This document shows, one piece after another, positions 54,504-64,000 of a stretch of 64,000 bases of DNA (the first letter of the stretch is position 1; the number at the start of each line of letters is the position of its first letter). The notes below the pieces were generated by a model. It had not been told where the DNA came from, ran no database searches, and saw only the letters and a list, made by a program, of their open reading frames with translations. The DNA lies in the NCBI GenBank assembly GCA_973895155.1, contig OZ316898.1, positions 8,667,079 to 8,731,078 on the forward strand. Direction: 5' to 3'. Both the position numbers and the translations under genes were made by a program. The DNA comes from Marsupella aquatica. Lineage: Eukaryota > Plantae > Marchantiophyta.

Positions 54504-57500
54504 ATTAGCAATAGTTATATAGTGATTTTGCCAAACTTCTTACACTTTGACCTTTTTTCCATTTCCTTTTTCTTTTCCCATCTTTGTTCAGCAAAGTTGG
54601 TTTTGAATTGATCCATTAGGGCATGTCAAACACACCCATAATCAAAGTCTTATGGTTGTGATTAATTTGGACAACTGATTCTTACAGGGCATGTATTAAA
54701 AGTCTGTCAAATTTCTTCTTGGTCATAAAGTCATTTTATGTACTGAGCCGTACCTTACTTACTACCCTATTGACACACCCTATTGGTCATTGTCATGTTA
54801 TTGGGTTTTCATCATTTGATAGTTGTCATCATCGTCCTGGCCCACCCTTGACCCATGGGATAGGCGAGTGGAGCAGCCAATCAAGTGTCGGCTAAACTTC
54901 TGTGCAACTTTGGTCAAGTGAAAACCTTGATGGTCTGACAGTTTTTGTGGTGCTTCATTTTAACCCAAAAACATATGAGCCATCTGGTTAACAAGCTTAT
55001 AGATAGATTTATTACTGTGTCATTCTTTCCGTCACTATTAAGCAAAGGAACGTAACTTAGTTTGGAATGATCCAGTGGTCAACATCCTGCCAGTTTTGTC
55101 ATTGGATGGTTGTCATCATCTTTGACTTAAGCTCAAACACCCTGGCCAGCCCTCAGCCAAGGGAGATGGAGGAGTTGGGGCAGCCAACCAAGGGGGGCAG
55201 AGTGAGTTGGATGGGAGCAAAGTAAGAGACTCAACCCAATGTTGAGGGTTGAAAAGCGTAAGGGTAGAGGACATGGGTACATCACCATCTGATGGTGAAA
55301 CCTAGCCAAATGTAGGGTGTTAGATTATTTCAAGTTAACTGGAGTTACGTTGCTTAACCAACAATGAAAAAGATGGAGACCGATGAAGACCAAATTATAT
55401 GTCGACCCAAACAGTTTTTGACATCCAAAAGGCTTATTTGATAGGTAACTTGCTATATTGGTTGGCTAACTAAGACAAGTAGGCGTATTAACAGTGTGTG
55501 CTTCGGCAAGTAAATGTACAGTACAATTACTGTAACACTAAACTATGACCCTGGGAAGTGTAAATCTCCCCATACTATATTTTTCAGAACAACATGCAGA
55601 AAATCCCTTGCATAAGATCTTTGAGCCGCTGTCTTGAGCCTGGTAGTCCTTGACTGCTTGTGCTATGCACAAATCAAAGATGCCTCAAGTTGGATCCCTT
55701 CCCCGGATGTCATGCCCTTAACCCTCAATGTCAAAATTGCATTCAAGTTTAATATTTGGCTTCTAGCTAGTTATGAGTAGGCTATGAAAGAGTAGTTGGC
55801 TTGGCAATGAATGAGTATGGTAAGGCCTGATTAGAGGACATTTATGGCAATCAGCTAGCTAGTCTAGTTGGAATATTTGTAGGAACCAGGTGTGAGTAAA
55901 AATAATTAGATTCAATTTATAGTTGCAAAATTTTAAAAAGCCATGGGAGGTTAAGAAGGTTTATTTGTAAAAACTCAATTTTATAGAGTACATGAATACT
56001 TATGTCAGGTTAGATTTGCACATGGTATCGAAGAATATACACTAAGTTAACCCCCCCCCCTGAGGCCTAAGCCCAAGATCTATGGGCCTATCCCCAGGAT
56101 GCACAATTTGTCAAGGGATTAATTCCCAAGCAGAAAACCTTGCTAACTTCTAAGGATGTTAACAAAAAACTGCTACATTTACCATATGTTGTTTCTTGAC
56201 ACCTTCACATTCCCCCTTTGTTTGTGCTTGTGAGGCAGATATGGGAGCTTACAAGATAGAACTTCTTAATCCATTGGGAAATAAGGTGGGAGATCCCCCT
56301 ATTTTAAGTGTAGTCATGGACATGACAAATATTCAGTTCCTTAATAAGAGATCAATGCATGAGAGTTGCCAATGACTATGTGGGCACTAGGCAAGGGGCA
56401 GGTGAATGACAAAATAGCTGCCTGCATAACAAGTTCCAGTGCCCCGTGAGATTTGCTCCATTATTCAGATTGTGAGGAGGTGAGAATTCCCTAGAGCACA
56501 TGCATTTGAAGATCAAATAATAACAAGGTCAAAACAAAAATAAACTTAGAGTGGGGTGATATTTGGAAAATTTTCTGTAAATTATTTGTAAATGGAAAAC
56601 ACTAAAGTATCACATGGGCCACTTGCTAGGAAACCTAACTATCAGATACAATGGCTAGTCAAAGTTTCCACATACAATCAACTACCAAGGCCATCATCTA
56701 TAAATAGTTACCTTCTCAATGAAGGCTACCACCTTGAATTCCTTGGGGTCCTCAACAACAATATCAAGAGTTTGTTGTACCACAAATAACAATGTTAGAA
56801 AAAAGTTAAGTACTGGTGAGAGAATTTGATCTGCCAGCTAGGTTAGAGCTTAGAACCATAGCTTTCATCTAGAAGTCTCGAAGTGGGACAAACAGGGAGA
56901 TTCTGAAACTAGTACAACTCCACATTTTTCAACTTTCAATGTCACATCCTTCAAGTGCAAATGCTTAGTAAACATGCATCTACAACTATAATAAGGGATC
57001 CTGCATTTTTTCGTCCTTCGTCCCAATGCAAAAAAGCTCTTGGGTGGGAAAGATTCACAGCCATTGGATTCGATTAGCTGTTTTCCCTGACCATTGATGG
57101 AAAAAATGTGCACCCCTGACACATATGTGCTTCCCACTGTCCCATAAATGCCCTGGCCGGACTCCCTATGGGCTGGCCCTCCTTGCACTGGCATAGGGCT
57201 CGTTTTAGTATAAAATCAAAAACAAATACTTCATCATTTAACAAAAGATCACTATATTCATTAAAACTGAAATTATAAAGGATATAGGGAAATTTGGCGA
57301 TTTAAAAACATAGTTTTAGGCATGAAAATTGTAAATTTGGAAGATGAAAAATGAAAATTCAAGCATCATTAAATGTAAATTTGGGGACAAAAAATGAAAT
57401 TTTGGGAAAGTAAAATATTAAATTGGATGATATTAAAAAACATTTGGGTGATAAAAGTGTTCATTTGGTTGGAAAATAGATAGAATCTAGTAATAACATA

Positions 57501-57787
57501 TAAGCTTGGATAGCATCTATATTCAAAACATTTAGCTTGAGTAAGATATCTAACTAAGCACCAATACAATGGAATGACTATACTGTCTAGACAAAGTTAA
57601 CTAGGATGAAATCCAACCTACTAGAAGGAATGAAATGGCATCATTTTCTAGAATTAAAATATACTAAGACAAATAAAATAATAATTATAAGAAAGTCCAT
57701 TCAATAACTTTGAGAGATCATAGAGTATTAATTTGATTGTCTTGTTCTCTCACTTTAGACAAACGCATGGAAATCAACTCGACCCTC

Positions 57788-60700
57788 TTAATCACAAGTC
57801 ATTTGAGTGGAGACTTGTAACCTACGAGTTCTATCAATCTACTCATCAATTATACCTTCCATGTAAATTTTGAGAGTTTTCAAAACATTCTTAGGAATTG
57901 TCAAACCTCTATCCATAATATTTTGTTCTTTAGCACCTGACTTAAACCCATACATTGCAGAATTTGCAAACTACCAACTTTGAGTAACATTGTCAAACCC
58001 AGGATCCAGCTCCCAAGTCTTAGTGGTTTGAAAGCAACGTTCATATCGAACATCATCCTTTGCATCATGCTTACCATGTTTAGGCCTCCACCATTGTACT
58101 TGGAACATAGGAGCATTCCTAAGAGGAATGCTTTCAACAGACGTTGAAGAAGACCCTTCAATATGTTGCAAATCTGTTGAGGGAACCTCATGGTTTGGAT
58201 CCACACCACCCAAAGCTTGAACCAACCAGAAACGCCCTTTGCCATTTTCCTGTTCCCATTCATCCTCTGGACGTAAAAATACAAAGTGACCTTCTTGAAT
58301 ATCTTGTAGAGGAATCCAACGTGCAGGTTCTCGCTCTTGTCGTGCACCAACAAAGGGTGCAGCTTGATCTTCCATCTCTTCCATGTACTCGTTTTGAAGG
58401 TCCATCATCTCTGGATTTTGAGAAGGTTCACTTGACGGCTGAGATGTCCCCAAAATCATCTTGTAACCTGTGCCATGGTTAGTCTTTGGCCAAAAATCAG
58501 TTGTCAATGGCAAATGTCTTTCCCCCTCCCCTTCTATTGTAAGTTCCTCGGACAGTGCTTGCACAAGATTCTCCCAATATTTGACCAGAGGAAATCTCTC
58601 TTTATATGCTGCAGAGGTCTCATCCTTACAACTTTTCTTCAAGAAATTAATATAGCGATTAAGGAATGGGATGATTTCTCCAGCCTTCTTTTGTACATCC
58701 CCAGATATAAGTTTTGCAAATGGTTGGCCTTCCGGTAAAATGAGTGCATTTGTGATGGGATCAGTTCTCCAAATGGACCTCCCCATTGCCGGAAGCCAAG
58801 GTTGCTTGACATGTGCTTTATATTGATACACTGGCACATTATCCCTCATGGAGAAAAGAAATGCCACTGGTTTTGAGTGACCTTCTATCTCTTTCACCTG
58901 GAAAGTTTTCAAATACTCCTTGTAAGATGCAACCTCTTGAATCAATCGTGGTACAGGATGAATGCTTTCACACTCCCAAACCTCAGCCATCAACCCCAAG
59001 AGGGTAGCAACCTCTTTGTATCTGACCTGTTTGGATACTTGAGAAAATAATGCATCCACGTCTTCATGGGTGTGGCCAACCATGAGGAATGACATTTGCA
59101 CAGTTTCAAACACCCCCTGCTAACAAGCTCAGTGCAAAATGCCATCACATATTGATTTTTGTTATCTTTCCCTGAATTGTCCATCTGCAACGTTAGGTGC
59201 CTTGGTAAGGGCTTGAAAGAGCCCCTAGTAGTCTCAGGATCATCCTTAGAACCAACATCCACTGTGTTTGACTTTTTAGTCTCCTGACCATCTTTAATGC
59301 CTTGAAATCGAACAATTGAAACATTTTTGGGTTCCAAGTAACCGGCCATAAATGCTTCAAAGTCTAGAAGGGACTGAAATATTAGCCTAGTTGCATTCCA
59401 ATTCAATCCCTCAAGAAGGTCTCCAGTTTTGTCTCCTGTGTAATCTTCCAAATCTCGGAGGCATTTGGCCAAAGATGTCACGGTAAAGTCTGCATCTCCA
59501 AGCCAAAGTCCAGTCAAACTGAAATGTGCATACACTCTAGGATCTCTTCCATGGGTTAACATCCCAGTAAGAGCAATAGGCAAAGGCTGACCACTACTAG
59601 AGAGGGATTTTGGAGTGGGGACCAACCTGGGGATCCAAATCTTGGCTTGATCCATCTTATCGTGAATAATGCAAAGATAGTTTTGAGGATCCTTCTTTGC
59701 AAGAACCCTATGAGCATAGTAAACATATCTTCTTGACATTTGTTCACGAAGATGTCGCGCTCTTTTCTCTTCAATCTCTGCACGCTCTTTTTTTCTCTTC
59801 TCCCACATCAATTGATCTTTGAACTCAGTGCAAAATGTGCACTTGGCAAATGCACTTCCCTTGTGAAAGTCAAAATTATCAAATGAGTTTTTCCAGATGT
59901 TGTACATAGTAACTTCAGTAACCTTAGCAAACCCATCTAATTCCATCTTGGTAAACACCTCTTGGAAAATCTCCTTCTTAGTAAAACAAGATGGGAGCCG
60001 ATATTCAATAGTGTCAGTGCCGTTGGACCCACCATAGGGAAGATGTGGCATTGGTTCCCCATTTTGGATTAAAATGGACTCCAACAAGGCGGGAGCGTGC
60101 AAAGTGCTTGATCGTGTCTTCCGTTGTCCCTGATTTCCATGGAAACCAATTGTGCAACCAGCTTCGTATTGATTTTTGTAGTCATAGTACTTTGTTGTAC
60201 TGAACCCATGCATTTTAATAAATGCATCTTTACAAACCACACGTCCCTTTAGAACAAAAAATCCCTTTCTCTTGACTTGCTCCTCTCTACACCCAAAGAG
60301 ACTAAAGATGTGACTTGTTTTGTTGTCACTTGACATTCCATGGTATTCCCTCCTCATTGCCTCTAAGTCCTCCCTGGGCATGTTCAAGCAACACTTTAGC
60401 TTGCAACAATCTTCTCTTTGGATGGAATCAATGGACTCCTCGTTAATTTTCAAAAGTGCCCTCGACTCCAAATGCCTTTTCTTCTTCTCCTCAAGATCAA
60501 CTTTTGTCCTCCTAATGAAATTGTATGGTCTTTTTGTAGGTTTACCATCACCATCCGAATCCGGATCGCCCTTAGTTTGACCCGACTCCATCCACTTCTC
60601 TGAAACTTCCTCAAGGATATCCCCAAGAAACCTTTGAGACAAAATCAATAGAAGGGATTTGATTTCCCACCTCACCAAGCTAGGGGTACCAACACGGGTA

Positions 60701-61554
60701 TTTGGAAATAATCCGGGTTCATTGATATTCACAACAGCAACACCAACATGATCTGCACCAAGAAGTTCATCGTCAACGGCACCTGTTTCAAATGGAACCG
60801 TGATAACACCTGTTGCAACCTTCCGACAACGAGAAGCGTCATACAAATCAACCTCCTCCGCCATCCAGTTGGAACGTAGTGTAAAATCTTTTAATGGAAG
60901 ATCATTGAAAATATTTGAACTACCAAACACGCCAAAATCTCGTAGAGTGCCCTTTCTAGAAACATGCGCAACATCCCAGATAACCCAGGCATGCAAGGCC
61001 TCTTCTATTGTATCAGCTCCAGGGTGCGAGTATGGCAATTTTTGATTTCCCTTAACAATATCAGATATTCTTATACTGATGCGACCAACCCCGAGTGTTT
61101 CAGTATGACAAATATCCATCGGATTTGTCTTGCAAACGACTCCATTTGCAACCAACTAATCAAAAATGAATATCTGAACTTCATCTCCTTCCTTGAACAC
61201 GTCCTCTTCAACCCTTGCATCAATTTTGGATTTATCATTTCCAGCATCTCCAGCCAAAGAGAAATCATCGACATTGATTCTTCGGCGCTGAGTTGATGAC
61301 CTCAAGTATGCCAATGCACAATCCCAAATCACGCAGGAGTCAATTGCCTCAGCCAATGTAGAAAATTTGGGCGAAGGAAATGAAAGTTGACGCGATCCAT
61401 CAAAACACTTTTCGATCAATACCCCAATTCGATTATCCCCTAGACAAATGTTCTGTATAGTATCCTGGGGGTCAACCTTTTGAACTATCCCAATTGCCGT
61501 TTCAAATCCATCGATCACCAATGACACTTCATCCCCTCGTGTAAAATTGATCAT
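57788..61554 (-). pseudogene. Disrupted Sola1/DUF7869-like DDD transposase with extra N- and C-terminal domains (~1,240-1,255 aa reconstructed)
   Basis: ORFs 61156-61554, 58990-61155 and 57971-59113 join via an in-frame TAG (61156-58) and a 1-nt deletion in a G run (~59113-59117). The frame continues past TAG 57971-73 and TAG 57839-41 to TAA 57788-90. Motifs: CCKLKCC, VCKDAFIKMHG, FAKCTFC, IIHDKMDQ, LQMDNSGKDNKN, FLMVGHTHEDVDALFS. Confidence 0.8.
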
Positions 61555-61675
61555 GATAGCGGACTATCTGTATTCAAATAAAGTTAGAAATTGTTAAGTT
61601 CCCCATGTTACAATCATGTTTCAAAATCTGGACTCTCCTCCAAAAAATATTGTAAAATCACTCAAAACCCTAAAT

Positions 61676-62010
61676 ACATTCAAGTCGGGTCGGAATTATT
61701 TCGACCCTCCTCCAACATTATTTCTTAAAATGATTGAATTGACTAAACATTTACAAGTCGGGTCGGAATTATTTTGACCCTCCTCCAACAATATGCCTTA
61801 AAATGATTGAATTGACTAAACATTTACAAGTTGGGTCGGAATTATTTCGACCCTCCTCCAACAATATGTTTTAAAATGATTGAATTGACTAAACATTTAC
61901 AAGTCGGGTCGGAATTATTTCGACCCTCCTCCAAGAATATGTCTTAAAATGATTTAATTGACTAAATATTGACAAGTTGGGTCAGAATTATTTCGACCCT
62001 ACTCCAACTA
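61676..62010. repeat. 73-bp tandem array (4.5 copies) with internal hairpin GGGTCGGAATTATTTCGACCC
   Basis: CAAGT(C/T)GGGTC at 61681, 61754, 61827, 61900 and 61973. An inverted core copy lies at ~62110-62127. Confidence 0.95.
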
Positions 62011-63171
62011 TTAAGTTGAAATTATGTCAAAACTATTTGTGAAACTATCTTGCTTATGCTTTTATATACCAGTTTAAAATGCTAGTTAAGATGACATAGT
62101 CAGGTCGGCACGAAATAATTCCGACCCACTTCTAGAAACTATGTTAGTAATCACATAAAGGGGTACAGTAAGTTCTACACATGCTAGACTGTGGATAAAG
62201 GTCTAGAAATGAGTAAAATATATGATCTAGAACCTAATGTGTAAATCTTAATCTAGGTTTGGCTTAAAGGTATTGAATTAGATGTAGTTGAGCTAGTACT
62301 TCTAAGATAAATAAATAAAATCACTAACCTGCTCCGCAATATATCTCTGCCCACCCTTGTACAAGCTAAATGGGTACCTTGGATGCCAGCATTGTAACTC
62401 TTAGCACCACAGTGCTCACCAGTGCCCTTACTAAACCTTGCATTCAACCATGCGGACCTAAACAAGGCACTCGGACAGAGGAGAGTCAGTGATCGTACCA
62501 ATCACTGTCTAAATGACAATGAACCAAAAAATGGATTGTGGGAGGTCTATACTCAATTTGAGGGCAAAAAGCCCACACATTACCCAACACACGAGTGGGC
62601 ACCAACAGATCGGGCACGGGTGGATGAGGCACGCACCCAGCACACAAGTAGACATCGGATAGGGTGTCAGCCAATCACTCACGAGTGATAGGTGAGTTGC
62701 GAGCACACACCGCTGACAGCTTGGAAGTTTAAAATTGGTAGGTGAGTCGCGAGTGGTCGTGAGTGGTCACACCATCGGTGACTCACGATCACATGCAGCG
62801 AGGAGGGTCTCCATCATTGGCGCACATTGATGCCTCCGTACCCTCTCGGATCCTTGCCTCCTTGGACTCCTCGCTCGCAGGGGGTATAGGAAGGCAGGCC
62901 TTGCGCTTGAGGCCTCATTTCCTTGCCTCCTTCTTGCCTCCTCTCTCGTCTCCTCACTCCTTGCCTCCCTCTTGCCTCGCTCTAGGGCTTTTGTTTTTGC
63001 CTCGCTCTTGGGATTTTTTTTCCGCCTCGCTCTAAGGCTTTTATTTCCGCCTTGCTCCCTTCCCTTTTGGGTCGCTCCCTCAATCATTGTTTGCCTGTTA
63101 GTGCCCTCTTGCAGCCTGTGGCATTCTCCATTGCTGCCACGCGTCATCTTAAATCTCACTCGCCCCTTACA

Positions 63172-63340
63172 ATGTCTACTTCCTCCAGTTCTGAAGCTTC
63201 CACCACCTCCGCCAGTTCTCAAGAGTCATTGAACTTCAATTATAACTCTCTGTATGAATATGACCCTGAAGACCCGGATGTCCAAAAATTGGTTAACAAT
63301 GCGTTGGAGGCGTCAAAGAAAGCGCAGTTAACTTTTCCAC
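63172..63340 (+). CDS. Probable first coding exon of a second, divergently transcribed gene
   Basis: ACAATGTC start context. Peptide MSTSSSSEASTTSASSQESLNFNYNSLYEYDPEDPDVQKLVNNALEASKKAQLTFP is followed by donor-like C|GTAAGG at 63341, then repeat-rich intron-like sequence. Confidence 0.4.
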
Positions 63341-63565
63341 GTAAGGCACCACCTGCTTCAACTTCTTGCCTCGCCCTAAGGGCGAGGCAACTTTACTTTA
63401 ATTTGGATTCAAACTTCTTATTAGGAAAATTTCTATATTCCTTTGCAGTCGCCTCGCCCCAAGGTCGAGGCGACGTCTACTTCATTCTAGATTTCTTGTT
63501 GCTCCGAAGGCATATTGGACCTTGTATCTTACATTAATAAAGGATCTTTAGCTATATTCTATTTT

Positions 63566-63916
63566 TTTCCTCGCTCTTGGGGCGAGGCAATGTCGTCTAC
63601 ATTCCCAAAAGTTGCCTTGCCCTTGGGGCGAGGCGATGTTATCTGCATTCCTAAATGTTGTCTGCATTCCCAGAAGTTGCCTCGCCCTTGGGGCGAGGCG
63701 ATGTCCTCTACATTCCTAAATGTTGTCTGCTTTCCCAGAAGTTGCCTCGCCCTTGGGGCGAGGTGATGTCCTCTGCATTCCTAAATGTTGTCTGCTTTCC
63801 CAGAAGTTGCCTCGCCCTTGGGGCGAGGCGATGTTGTCTGCATTCCTAAATGTTGTTTGCTTTCCCAGAAGTTGCCTCGCCCTTGGGGCGAGGCGATGTC
63901 GTCTGCATTCCTAAAT
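63566..63916. repeat. 65-bp tandem array built on the palindrome GCCTCGCCC-N3-GGGCGAGGC
   Basis: GTTGCCT(C/T)GCCCTTGGGGCGAGG at 63611, 63676, 63741, 63806 and 63871. Solo palindromes at 63366, 63448 and 63568, with another starting at 63991. Confidence 0.95.
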
Positions 63917-64000
63917 AATGTTTGATTGCTTGGATGAGGTGGCAGGGCAAATTGCACTAGGAGCAAAGAAGATTTTGCAATCTTCTATTTGTCGCCTCGC

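Larger units (their letters stand above)
57200..64000. mobile_element. DNA transposon carrying the transposase, internal repeat arrays and a probable second gene; termini not identified, likely runs past the window
   Basis: Transposase pseudogene plus adjacent arrays. No TIR or TSD could be fixed, so boundaries are approximate. Confidence 0.55.

Noticed and set aside
59110-59120. Programmed ribosomal frameshift in the transposase
   Set aside because: No canonical X-XXY-YYZ slippery heptamer, and the gene also carries nonsense codons. Mutation or homopolymer error is simpler.
61676-62010. CRISPR array (regular palindromic repeats)
   Set aside because: The intervening sequences are near-identical rather than unique spacers. 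There are no cas genes and the context is eukaryotic.
63366-63916. CRISPR array, and ORFs 63515-63966
   Set aside because: Linkers are repeated or of irregular length. The ORFs are translations of the tandem repeat.

Overview
Eukaryotic, intron-rich land-plant nuclear DNA. A bryophyte or other non-seed plant is my guess from protein divergence and is not proven. There are four spliced host genes: Mediator subunit 33/MED5 (minus, ~9.0-16.8 kb), a DUF7086-type Cys/His protein (minus, ~19.5-22.4 kb), a 13-exon 3-hydroxyisobutyrate-dehydrogenase-like gene with a transit-peptide-like exon (plus, 32.9-39.9 kb) and HEATR6 (minus, 43.5-53.4 kb). They are separated by AT-rich, CpG-poor spacers containing decayed LINE-like sequence and many local duplications. 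Two things are not visible in the ORF track. (1) Intron 2 of the dehydrogenase gene hosts a tandem array of one dual-guide box C/D snoRNA (snoR44-type, U74 plus U79 targets): five well-preserved copies interspersed with decayed or diverged paralogs. (2) At 57.8-61.6 kb, three ORF fragments reconstruct into one ~1,240-1,255 aa Sola1/DUF7869-like DDD transposase with three N-terminal Tnp1/En/Spm-like repeats and a BAH-like C-terminus. It is followed by a 73-bp hairpin array, a CpG-rich island, a probable divergent second gene and a 65-bp palindromic array. Domain names come from remembered motifs, not from database searches.
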